Shown here: positions 20,314 through 29,144 of the stretch, piece by piece | Numbering within the stretch: position 1 is the stretch's first letter | How the letters are laid out: each line of letters starts with the position of its first letter | Source of the DNA: a virus | Taxonomy: Duplodnaviria > Heunggongvirae > Uroviricota > Caudoviricetes | Virus record (IMG/VR): IMGVR_UViG_2718218098_000003 | Strand: one strand, 5' to 3' | DNA: 51,596 bases | The notes under the pieces: generated by a model | Seen by the model: only the letters and a program-made list of their open reading frames with translations | What the model was told of the DNA's origin: nothing | Database searches by the model: none | Position numbers and translations under genes: made by a program

Positions 20314-20415
20314 GCATGGTGAATCCCCCTGTGCGGTGGGGTGATACCATTAACTTTTTTGTCGCCGACAGGTATCACGAACGTTTTGTTCACCGGGAGG
20401 CACCCGGCACCATGC
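20314..20415 (+). other. Structured repeat element copy A (conserved 5' and 3' boxes, variable internal helix)
   Basis: gcatggtgaatccccctgtgcggtgggg...gtgatacc/ggtatcac...caccgggaggcacccggcaccatgc. Confidence 0.6.
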
Positions 20416-20580
20416 ACTTCAATAGATTCTCTCCACATTATTGATATTCTTTCAGAATATCCCACACAGACTTTGTGTAAATGTTAACGAATGTGCGTTT
20501 TATTTGATCTAATCCGCTGTTTGAGCGTTCAAAACAACGGTATATGTAATCCTTTACTATATGACATATTGTGAGGAAAA

Positions 20581-21009
20581 ATGGGTTTTCGTAGCGCATC
20601 AACTCTTACGTTGATTGCTGGTGGGATTATTGTCGGATGCACTGATGCTGTGTCGACAAATTATTACGACCGGGCATCATATTACTCCGATAAATCAACA
20701 GAGACACAGTATGTGAGTTCATCTGAACGTACTACTGATGTTAGTGAAGATATCCGTCAGTATGCCCATCAAATCAAGAACGCCATCGAAAAACAGTTCG
20801 GGGATGCGAGTAAGTATTCAGGAAAAGAGTGTACGCTTAGCATGCATATGGCCCCGAATGGCCTTCTACTGGAGGTTAAAAGAGAAAGTGGAGACCTCGA
20901 TTTATGTCGTGAAGCGATGAATGCGATAAAGAATGCTGATATACCAGCGCCGCCGTCTCCGGAAGTATATAAAGTATTTCACAATGGAGTGCTGGATTTT
21001 AAACCGTGA
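20581..21009 (+). CDS. Lipoprotein with TolA C-terminal (domain III)-like domain
   Basis: 142 aa; lipobox IIVGC after MGFRSASTLTLIAGG; C-terminus YAHQIKNAIEKQFGDASKYSGKECTL...EVYKVFHNGVLDFKP resembles recalled TolA C-terminus; SD gagga. Confidence 0.65.
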   Translation: MGFRSASTLTLIAGGIIVGCTDAVSTNYYDRASYYSDKSTETQYVSSSERTTDVSEDIRQYAHQIKNAIEKQFGDASKYSGKECTLSMHMAPNGLLLEVKRESGDLDLCREAMNAIKNADIPAPPSPEVYKVFHNGVLDFKP

Positions 21010-21207
21010 TTCTACATCTTTGCAGTAAACAATAATCATAATTGCATGTTTTTTCTGTGGTGGGGTATTTGGCTTCTGTTGCCTGCGATGTATTGTGGAG
21101 CTGGTATCAGCCTGCAGAAAATGCACACAGGTGTGAAGTGTTAAATTCCACACAACTCAGAACGCAGAATGTTGTCCTGCTTGCGGGGAGTTTGTTAAAA
21201 GAGTACT

Positions 21208-21329
21208 GCATGGTGAATCCTCATGAGCGGAGGGGCATAATGACAGATGTTTGGTCGCGTTATCGTATAGGCAAGTTGCGGATTCTGTCTGGTCATTGCA
21301 GAATTCACCGGGAGGCACCCGGCACCATG
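21208..21329 (+). other. Structured repeat element copy B
   Basis: gcatggtgaatcctcatgagcggagggg...aatgac/gtcatt...caccgggaggcacccggcaccatg. Confidence 0.6.
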
Positions 21330-21460
21330 TATTTTCAATATTTTATTGATTATTCTCTTTTTCGGAATACTCTGGTTATGTTTTCCTGTAACTGATAATT
21401 AAATCACATTTTGTGTAAATGTATATTGTCTGAACGGGATAAGTTCAGTATCTTCTGAAT

Positions 21461-21584
21461 GTATGGCGAATCCCCCTGTGCGGCGGGGCGTACTGATTTA
21501 AGTAGTCATCCAAGAATGCAGCTGAATGAAAACGCGCTCCATATTAATCAGTGGTGGAGCACCGGGAGGCACCCGGCGCCATAC
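21461..21584 (+). other. Structured repeat element copy C (compensatory changes in closing helix)
   Basis: gtatggcgaatccccctgtgcggcgggg...actgatt/aatcagt...caccgggaggcacccggcgccatac. Confidence 0.6.
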
Positions 21585-21610
21585 CGATGATGAAAATAAA
21601 TGCGTCCATC

Positions 21611-21636
21611 AGCCCCTCTCCGGAGGGGCTTTTTTA
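21611..21636 (+). terminator. Intrinsic terminator
   Basis: agcccctctccggaggggcttttt. Confidence 0.65.
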
Positions 21637-21641
21637 TGGGC

Positions 21642-21672
21642 AAAAAAAGCCCGCTACGAATGGTAACGGGCT
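21642..21672 (-). terminator. Minus-strand intrinsic terminator (back-to-back with 21611-21636)
   Basis: Plus strand aaaaaaagcccgctacgaatggtaacgggct. Confidence 0.45.
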
Positions 21673-21817
21673 GCACAAAATAACAAAATGTGAAGTATTC
21701 TAATCAGCCGCTGAATAATACCCGACAGTAATTAATCTGTGCAACGGCGCTTTTTCCCGCCTTGCAGGCACCGACTCTCTCATTTGATTTAACGCATTAT
21801 CCCGTCCGGGAGGGTTC

Positions 21818-22399
21818 ATGACATTTAAATATTATGATGTGGTTTCGGCCAGAACAACTGATGAATTAAAGCGGAAACTGAACGAAAAAATCCGTGAAGG
21901 ATGGCAGCCTTATGAAACAATATCTGTTTCATCTGTGAGTGGTACTGAAGACATATATCATCAGCCAGTTGCTGCTGAGGGGGAGGTGAGTACGCCGGTG
22001 ATACGTCCTGATGCAGGTGATGATTCATCTGTGGCTGTCTCCGGATCGCCTGATTATTACTACGTGGTGGTACTGGCGGGGCAGTCAAATGGCATGACCT
22101 ATGGTGAAGGGCTTCCGTTACCGGATTCATTTGACCGCCCGGACCCACGGATTAAGCAACTGGCACGCCGCAGCACGGTCACGCCAGGCGGTACGACGTG
22201 TAAATACAATGACATCATTCCGGCAGACCACTGCCTGCATGATGTGCAGGACATGAGCGGGATAAACCACCCGAAAGCTGACCTGAACAAGGGGCAGTAT
22301 GGTTGTGTGAGTCAGGGGCTGCATATTGCCAAAAAACTGCTGCCTTATATCCCGCAGAATGCCGGGATACTTCTGGTGCCCTGTTGCCGTGGCGGCTGA
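21818..22399 (+). pseudogene. Truncated nanS-p-type sialate O-acetylesterase (N-terminal part only)
   Basis: 193 aa; VVVLAGQSNGMTYGEGLPLP is the start of an SGNH/SASA esterase domain; full-length relatives recalled as >600 aa; SD ggagg. Confidence 0.55.
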
Positions 22400-22475
22400 A
22401 AAAATCAGTGCCGGTCAGTCAGCAGAGCCAAAGTCCACGTCCCTCCCGTAATCACATCTCACAGCGAGAAAAACC

Positions 22476-22781
22476 ATGACAGAAATGAAAAAACTGGTCA
22501 CTGCTGATGCAGTGAGATCTGCGCTGCGCACTGAAGAAGTCCGCGGGACGCTGAAAGCATCTATCCGTAAAACGTTTGAGGCTCAGATTGATGCTGATGT
22601 GGAAGCGATTCTGGATGAGCTTACCGGACCTGCTGAGGGGGCATCTGCGCCACAGGCAGGGGATGGTGAGAATACGGCAGATTCTCCGGTGGAAAACAGC
22701 AGCGAACAACCTGAGGCACAACCCGGTGGTGAGGAACAAGCAAATGATGTTCTGCAGCCGGAACCAGCAACCATGTTGTGA
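22476..22781 (+). CDS. Hypothetical acidic protein upstream of holin
   Basis: 101-aa ORF, acidic Pro/Glu-rich C-terminus. Confidence 0.4.
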   Translation: MTEMKKLVTADAVRSALRTEEVRGTLKASIRKTFEAQIDADVEAILDELTGPAEGASAPQAGDGENTADSPVENSSEQPEAQPGGEEQANDVLQPEPATML

Positions 22782-22858
22782 TACATGACGCACAGGCCAC
22801 CAGCATATCGCGGTGGTCTTTTGTTATCGTGCACTTCCGGTGAACGGGAGGCGGAGAT

Positions 22859-23074
22859 ATGTACCAGATGGAAAAAATCACAACAGGTGTGTCATACACC
22901 ACGTCTGCGGTGGGGACGGGATACTGGTTTCTGCAGTTGCTGGACAGGGTATCCCCGTCTCAGTGGGCGGCAATAGGCGTGCTGGGGAGTCTGCTGTTTG
23001 GTCTGCTGACATACCTGACGAACCTGTATTTCAAAATTAAAGAAGACCGACGCAAGGCGGCGCGGGGAGAGTAG
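22859..23074 (+). CDS. S: Pinholin (phage 21 S-type holin), dual start at 22859 and 22868
   Basis: [71 protein letters not shown] resembles recalled S21. Confidence 0.8.
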   Translation: MYQMEKITTGVSYTTSAVGTGYWFLQLLDRVSPSQWAAIGVLGSLLFGLLTYLTNLYFKIKEDRRKAARGE

Positions 23075-23077
23075 GTG

Positions 23078-23629
23078 ATGAAAAAACAATACGAACTGGT
23101 TGTTAAAGGGATAAATAATTACGGGGATAAGGTTACTGTTACTGTGAAGCCGGAAGGTGACGGGCAAGCGTCGCTGTTGTCGCAATATGTGGTGATTGAT
23201 CTTGATCGTGTTGAAGGTGCCCCGCTGGAGTGTTACGAAGCTGAGGCGAAAAAGCAGGCGAAGCAGTTTTTCATGGATGTAGCTGCCGGGTTATGTGGAG
23301 GGGATGAGCAGTCGCCGGAAAAGCGCCCCATAATTTTAGAGGCGCAGAATGTGTGGATAACCTACAGAGGAAAACTACCGGGAAGAATTACTGGTTCTCT
23401 GAAGACGCCACCGACGGCATTGCGGTCAGAAAAAGATGATATTGAATCGCTCATTGAAAAACTGGAGGGCAGCGTCGCTGATCTGAATAAAAAATTGTCG
23501 GTGCTGATTCCTTCTGAAGATGAAAAAAAACGCCGCGATGAGCAGTTTGCGGCGTTTTACGATTATTGCATTGAAGTTACTCGCAGGAATTTTGTGAAGA
23601 TCTTTGAGGAGGGTAAATCTCTTCAGTAA
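23078..23629 (+). CDS. Hypothetical protein inserted between holin and endolysin
   Basis: 184 aa; start abuts holin stop; no motif recognised. Confidence 0.45.
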   Translation: MKKQYELVVKGINNYGDKVTVTVKPEGDGQASLLSQYVVIDLDRVEGAPLECYEAEAKKQAKQFFMDVAAGLCGGDEQSPEKRPIILEAQNVWITYRGKLPGRITGSLKTPPTALRSEKDDIESLIEKLEGSVADLNKKLSVLIPSEDEKKRRDEQFAAFYDYCIEVTRRNFVKIFEEGKSLQ

Positions 23630-23837
23630 GCTTAATGGCGGACGCTGCAATTAATTCAGGAAGGTCCGCAAGGCCATCTGTCAGTGGATATGATGAAAAA
23701 TCGGCGGCAGTTCTGTTAAGAAGCGCTTTAACTAATTCCTTTTCCTTTTCCGGCAACAAGTTGATTAGAGCTACGACTGCTTGCCTGAGTGCGATTAAAT
23801 CAGCAAAAGTTTGTTTTGGTAGATTTGTGTAATCCAT
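23577..23837 (-). CDS. Hypothetical small protein, convergent with and overlapping 23078-23629
   Basis: 86 aa from MDYTNLPKQTFADLIALRQ...; SD agaggtg upstream of ATG 23837. Confidence 0.4.
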   Translation of the reverse strand: MDYTNLPKQTFADLIALRQAVVALINLLPEKEKELVKALLNRTAADFSSYPLTDGLADLPELIAASAIKLTEEIYPPQRSSQNSCE

Positions 23838-23951
23838 AGTCACCTCTGTGTTTATCAGATTGACATCCTCCTCCCGCCAGTGCCCATCACTGGCGAGGTA
23901 AGATTTAACATATCCGGGGGATTTGAAGCCGATAAATCCTGATAAATATCC

Positions 23952-24485
23952 ATGAACGTAAAAATCAGATACAGCCTGTCAGCTGCCGTTCTGGCGCTGA
24001 TTGCCGCCAGTGCTCCTGCCCCCGACATTCTCGATCAGTTTCTGGATGAAAAAGAGGGGAATCACACCACTGCATACCGCGATGGCTCCGGCATATGGAC
24101 CATCTGTCGGGGAGCAACGATGGTGGACGGTAAACCTGTTATTCCGGGAATGAAACTGTCGAAGGAAAAATGCGCCCAGGTTAACGCCATTGAGCGTGAT
24201 AAGGCGCTGGCATGGGTGGAGCGCAATATTAAAGTGCCACTGACCGAACCACAGAAAGCGGGTATAGCGTCATTTTGTCCCTATAACATTGGCCCCGGTA
24301 AGTGTCTCCCGTCGACGTTTTATAAGCGGCTTAATGCCGGTGATCGTAAGGGGGCATGCGAGGCGATTCGCTGGTGGATAAAAGATGGTGGGCGCGATTG
24401 CCGCATACGTTCAAATAACTGCTATGGACAGGTTATTCGTCGTGACCAGGAAAGCGCATTAGCCTGTTGGGGGATAGATCAGTGA
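23952..24485 (+). CDS. R: SAR endolysin (T4-lysozyme-type, signal-anchor-release)
   Basis: 177 aa; N-terminal SAR helix [18 protein letters not shown]; lysozyme core resembles recalled R21. Confidence 0.8.
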   Translation: MNVKIRYSLSAAVLALIAASAPAPDILDQFLDEKEGNHTTAYRDGSGIWTICRGATMVDGKPVIPGMKLSKEKCAQVNAIERDKALAWVERNIKVPLTEPQKAGIASFCPYNIGPGKCLPSTFYKRLNAGDRKGACEAIRWWIKDGGRDCRIRSNNCYGQVIRRDQESALACWGIDQ

Positions 24486-24949
24486 GCAGAGTCGCCGCGA
24501 TTATTTATGCTCTGGTTATCTGCATCATCGTCTGTCTGTTATGGGTGGTTAATCATTACCGTGATAACGCCATCGCCTACAAAGAACAGCGTGATAAAAA
24601 AGTCAGTGAGCTGAAGCAGGCGACCGCCACCATTACTGACATGCAGCAACGCCAGCGTGCTGCTGATGTACTCGATGCTAAATACACGAAGGAGTTGGCT
24701 GATGCGAAAGCTGAAAATGATGCTCTTCGGCGCAAGCTTGATAATGGTGGTCGGGTGCTCGTCAAAGGAAAATGCTCTGTGCCATCCTCAGCCGAAACCT
24801 CCAGCGCCTCCGGCATGGGCAATGATGCCACCGTCGAACTCTCTCCAGTTGCTGGACGAAACGTTCTCGGTATCCGGGACGGAATCATCAGAGACCAGAC
24901 AGCACTGAGAACGCTTCAGGAATATATCAGGACGCAATGCCTTCGATGA
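24482..24949 (+). CDS. Rz: i-spanin Rz
   Basis: GTG start overlapping endolysin stop; N-terminal [21 protein letters not shown] then coiled coil. Confidence 0.75.
   Translation: MSRVAAIIYALVICIIVCLLWVVNHYRDNAIAYKEQRDKKVSELKQATATITDMQQRQRAADVLDAKYTKELADAKAENDALRRKLDNGGRVLVKGKCSVPSSAETSSASGMGNDATVELSPVAGRNVLGIRDGIIRDQTALRTLQEYIRTQCLR
24702..24908 (+). CDS. Rz1: o-spanin Rz1 (lipoprotein, embedded in Rz in +1 frame)
   Basis: [22 protein letters not shown] lipobox; Pro-rich [11 protein letters not shown]; SD ggag. Confidence 0.75.
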   Translation: MRKLKMMLFGASLIMVVGCSSKENALCHPQPKPPAPPAWAMMPPSNSLQLLDETFSVSGTESSETRQH

Positions 24950-25130
24950 TAGCGATAATTTTACTCATCATCCTTCACATCTGGCTCTGTAGACAGGGTG
25001 TTGATCACTTCTGGAGTGAATCCAGATTAAACATCTCATTGCTGATGCTTGAAGTTGAGCATCTGGCGCGCGGTAAGGGGCTGCGTTGAGATAAGAGCCA
25101 GTCATTACAAATACCAGGATTTAGCCTCGT

Positions 25131-25156
25131 ATTCGCGGGGCTTTTTATTGCCATTA
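25131..25156 (+). terminator. Candidate terminator after lysis cassette
   Basis: agccactccctacagagtggcttt; weak T-tract. Confidence 0.3.
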
Positions 25157-26320
25157 CAAAAGCCACTCCCTACAGAGTGGCTTTGATAATGGCTTATACC
25201 CTACACGGGATAACTTAACTGATATCCCTTTTAACGGATAAAGGTATTCAAGCCTGACACATCATGCGCTGTATCGTCGTCGTATTCCCGTATTAACAGA
25301 GACCGTAGCCCGACGGGGAACTCCTTCTGCGCGAGTGTGCGGTAATAATCAAAAACGATGCGCACCGGGTTTTAGTGTGCTGACGGACGCAGGTTTACCC
25401 TCATAGTCGCTTTTCCGGTGCGATGGTGGAAGAAACCGGAATAATGAATTGTGAATGCAAAATGTGGTTTCTTACTGAGTAATACTGGCAGTGTTTTCTG
25501 TTTACATCCAGAACATATTTAAAGATGCCTGCACGGGAAAGAGTAAAGTGGCTCCGGAAGAAGGGTATGTTTCCGGATAAATGTTTTTTTATAACCAGTT
25601 TTGTCCAGATATTATTTGACCTGTGGTTTATATAAGCAGATCTTTTTTGGGGCTGTACCGTGATCATACTTTGATTATGTGTGGTAAACCTTATATTCCC
25701 TGTTGACAGAAAGTAAAAACAATGCGAGATGCCATTTTTATTAAGGTAATCAGTAACGGAAATAATATCATTATCGTGTGATGAAATAAGCAACGATATA
25801 ACAGAGGTTAGCCGACTATTCTCTGTGGAAACACAATCTGGTGGTGATAAATCTGAATGAGTTATGTAAAAATTGAACATGTAAAAAGATGGTGTTTAAC
25901 TGAAGGTATAGTACTGCTGGAAAATAATAAACTGAAAAGTGAATGTCTATTAGTTATTTCCGCATGGTAAATCAGAGGTATTGTTTTCTTGCTAATTTAT
26001 TAAAGTGATAAGTCTTATCTTGATTTTAGATATAAACTTTTATCAGGCCTTATCAACTTACATCTTCAGTATTGGAGGCAGTGCCAGTTACGTAAGGACG
26101 CAATGCCTGGTATTTAAGCGAAGTGATCTACTGAATAAATAATATTCCTCGCGCTTCTTAATGTTGCCGTGTTCCTGTGCCAAAAAAGCCAGATGTGCAC
26201 TATGCCTCAATATTGAGCGTGTACGTCGTAATGCACGGGATGGCCGCTATAAGCTGATTGGTTGATGAATTTAGGCCCGCTCTGGCTGGCGGGTCCTTTC
26301 CGGCGATCCGGCAGGTTACG

Positions 26321-26332
26321 GGGCGGCGACCT
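26321..26332. other. cosN cohesive-end site (lambda-type)
   Basis: gggcggcgacctcgcgcgttttcgctatttatgaaaattttccgg matches recalled lambda left-end sequence. Confidence 0.8.
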
Positions 26333-26508
26333 CGCGCGTTTTCGCTATTTATGAAAATTTTCCGGGGAAAATCATGTCGGTACTTCTCGAACATAACTAT
26401 TTGTTTTTTCTAATATCGAATCCGTAAAAGGTCCGACATGAAAACGCCTGAAAAAGTCATTTTCGGGCACTCTCATGTCGGCCCCTGTATTTGCTATGAG
26501 ACTATTTC

Positions 26509-27057
26509 ATGAAGGTTAATAAAAAGAAGCTTGCCGAAATTTTCAACGTGGATCCGCGGACGATTGAACGCTGGCAGTCTCAGGGGCTTACTTGTGTCTC
26601 CGGAGGTGGTAAGGGCGTTGAATCTGTATTTGATACCGCCATGGCAATTCAGTGGTATGCGCAGAGGGAAGCTGATATCGAAAATGAAAAGCTCCGGAAA
26701 GAACTGGAAGATTTGCGGGCGGCTGCAGAATCAGACTTACAACCGGGCACCATTGACTATGAGCGCTACCGGCTCACAAAAGCGCAGGCAGATGCGCAGG
26801 AACTGAAAAATGCCCGTGAAGACGGAGTAGTGCTGGAAACTGAATTGTTTACCTTCATTCTGCAACGTGTGGCACAGGAAATTTCGGGGATACTTGTGCG
26901 TGTGCCGTTGACGTTACAGCGTAAATATCCGGACATTTCACCATCACACCTTGATGTGGTGAAAACTGAAATCGCGAAAGCCTCCAATGTTGCAGCTAAA
27001 GCCGGTAAAAACGTGGGCGGGTGGATCGATGATTTCAGACGCGCAGAAGGCAGCTAA
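26509..27057 (+). CDS. nu1: Terminase small subunit Nu1
   Basis: [26 protein letters not shown]... HTH; directly after cos. Confidence 0.9.
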   Translation: MKVNKKKLAEIFNVDPRTIERWQSQGLTCVSGGGKGVESVFDTAMAIQWYAQREADIENEKLRKELEDLRAAAESDLQPGTIDYERYRLTKAQADAQELKNAREDGVVLETELFTFILQRVAQEISGILVRVPLTLQRKYPDISPSHLDVVKTEIAKASNVAAKAGKNVGGWIDDFRRAEGS

Positions 27058-28957
27058 TGCAGCCGGTGCGATAGCTACAGGGCTTTTATCTCTCAATATT
27101 CCGGTTCCACTGACAACAGTTCAGTGGGCTGATCAACATTATTATCTGCCGAAAGAATCTTCATATACACCCGGGAAATGGGAAACACTGCCGTTTCAGG
27201 TTGCCATTATGAACAGCATGGGAAATGACCGGATTCGCACCATTAATCTGATTAAATCGGCGCGCGTAGGTTATACCAAAATGCTGTTAGGGGTGGAGGC
27301 CTATTTTATTGAGCATAAATCCCGTAACAGTCTGCTTTTTCAGCCAACAGATTCTGCCGCAGAGGATTTCATGAAATCTCATGTCGAGCCAACGATAAGG
27401 GATGTTCCTGCATTGCTGGAGCTGGCTCCATGGTTCGGAAGAAAACACCGCGATAATACGCTCACCCTGAAGCGTTTTTCCTCCGGCGTGGGTTTCTGGT
27501 GTCTGGGTGGCGCGGCAGCAAAAAATTACCGTGAAAAATCCGTGGATGTGGTCTGTTATGACGAACTCTCCTCGTTTGAACCGGATGTGGAAAAAGAAGG
27601 TTCGCCAACACTGCTTGGCGATAAACGTATTGAAGGTTCGGTATGGCCTAAATCCATACGCGGCTCAACGCCAAAAATTAAAGGCTCCTGTCAGATTGAA
27701 AAAGCCGCGAATGAATCAGCGCATTTCATGCGGTTTTATGTTCCTTGTCCTCATTGTGGGGAGATCCAGTATCTGAAGTTTGGTGATGATGCGACGCCGT
27801 TTGGCCTGAAATGGGAGAAGGGTAAACCAGAAACGGTGTATTACCTGTGTGAGCATAATGGCTGTGTGATCCGTCAGTCGGAACTTTACCAGACTGACGG
27901 GCGCTGGATTTGTGACAATACAGGAATGTGGACACGTGACGGCCTGATATTTTACAGCGCGGGTGATGAGGAGATGCCGCCACCGCGCTCCATCACTTTC
28001 CACATCTGGACGGCCTATAGCCCGTTCACCACCTGGATGCAGATTGTCTACGACTGGCTGGATGCGCTGAAAGATCCCAACGGCCTGAAAACCTTTGTGA
28101 ACACCACGCTGGGCGAGACCTGGGAAGAGGCTGTGGGCGAAAAACTCGATCACCAGGTGCTGATGGATAAGGTTGTGCGTTACACGGCGGCGGTGCCTGC
28201 CCGGGTGGTTTATCTGACGGCGGGCATTGACTCGCAGCGAAACCGTTTTGAGATGTATGTCTGGGGATGGGCTTCGGGAGAAGAAGCCTTTCTGGTGGAT
28301 AAAATCATCATTATGGGGCGTCCGGATGAGGAAGAGACGCTGTTACGTGTGGATGCGGCGATCAACAAAAAATATCGCCATGATGACGGTACCGAAATGA
28401 CTATTTCCCGTGTCTGCTGGGACACCGGGGGGATCGATGGCGAAATCGTCTACCAGAGGTCAAAAAAACACGGTGTTTTCCGGGTGCTGCCGGTAAAAGG
28501 CGCATCTGTCTATGGCAAGCCGGTGATCACCATGCCAAAAACCCGCAATCAGCGGGGCGTGTATCTGTGTGAAGTGGGGACGGACACCGCAAAAGAAATT
28601 CTCTATGCCCGTATGAAAGCCGATCCCACGCCTGCGGATGAAGCCACGTCGTATGCCATCCGTTTTCCTGATGATCCGGAGATTTTTTCGCAGACAGAGG
28701 CGCAGCAACTGGTCGCGGAAGAGCTTGTGGAGAAGTGGGAAAAAGGAAAGATGCGCCTGCTGTGGGATAACAAAAAGCGGCGTAACGAAGCACTGGACTG
28801 CCTGGTTTATGCCTACGCAGCATTACGTGTGTCCGTGCAACGCTGGCAGCTTGATCTGGCTGTACTGGCAAAATCCCGGGAAGAAGAGACGACCCGGCCA
28901 ACCCTTGAAGAACTGGCAGCGAAGCTGTCCGGAGGAGTGAATGGTAACAGTCGCTGA
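27029..28957 (+). CDS. A: Terminase large subunit A
   Basis: 642 aa; lambda gpA-like throughout; start chosen at ATG 27029 overlapping nu1. Confidence 0.9.
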   Translation: MISDAQKAANAAGAIATGLLSLNIPVPLTTVQWADQHYYLPKESSYTPGKWETLPFQVAIMNSMGNDRIRTINLIKSARVGYTKMLLGVEAYFIEHKSRNSLLFQPTDSAAEDFMKSHVEPTIRDVPALLELAPWFGRKHRDNTLTLKRFSSGVGFWCLGGAAAKNYREKSVDVVCYDELSSFEPDVEKEGSPTLLGDKRIEGSVWPKSIRGSTPKIKGSCQIEKAANESAHFMRFYVPCPHCGEIQYLKFGDDATPFGLKWEKGKPETVYYLCEHNGCVIRQSELYQTDGRWICDNTGMWTRDGLIFYSAGDEEMPPPRSITFHIWTAYSPFTTWMQIVYDWLDALKDPNGLKTFVNTTLGETWEEAVGEKLDHQVLMDKVVRYTAAVPARVVYLTAGIDSQRNRFEMYVWGWASGEEAFLVDKIIIMGRPDEEETLLRVDAAINKKYRHDDGTEMTISRVCWDTGGIDGEIVYQRSKKHGVFRVLPVKGASVYGKPVITMPKTRNQRGVYLCEVGTDTAKEILYARMKADPTPADEATSYAIRFPDDPEIFSQTEAQQLVAEELVEKWEKGKMRLLWDNKKRRNEALDCLVYAYAALRVSVQRWQLDLAVLAKSREEETTRPTLEELAAKLSGGVNGNSR

Positions 28958-29144
28958 ACTGCAGGCGCTGCGTCAGGCGCGCCTTGATTTATTAACCGGT
29001 AAACGGGTGGTGTCGGTCCAGAAAGATGGTCGCAGAATTGAATATACGGCAGCCTCTCTGGATGCGCTTAATCGTGCTATCAATGATGCGGAGTCGGTAC
29101 TGGGGATAACCCGCCGCCGTCGTCCGCTGGGAGTGAGGTTATGA
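28941..29144 (+). CDS. W: Head-tail joining protein W
   Basis: 67 aa, KRVVSVQKDGRRIEYTAASLDAL. Confidence 0.8.
   Translation: MVTVAELQALRQARLDLLTGKRVVSVQKDGRRIEYTAASLDALNRAINDAESVLGITRRRRPLGVRL

Noticed and set aside
20262-21395. ORFs 20262-20465 (minus) and 21042-21395 (plus)
   Set aside because: They run through the structured repeat copies A and B; their sequence is better explained by the conserved nucleotide-level element than by coding constraint
20314-21584. Retron (msr/msd) interpretation of the structured repeats
   Set aside because: Flanking inverted repeats resemble a1/a2, but no reverse transcriptase gene is present anywhere in the window
19543-21800. Shiga toxin (stxAB) genes at the Q-tRNA cargo site
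   Set aside because: No ORFs resembling A or B subunits; the site carries the TolA-like lipoprotein and repeats instead
25401-25880. 159-aa minus-strand ORF in the AT-rich region between Rz and cos
   Set aside because: AT-rich low-complexity translation, no SD; region more likely non-coding
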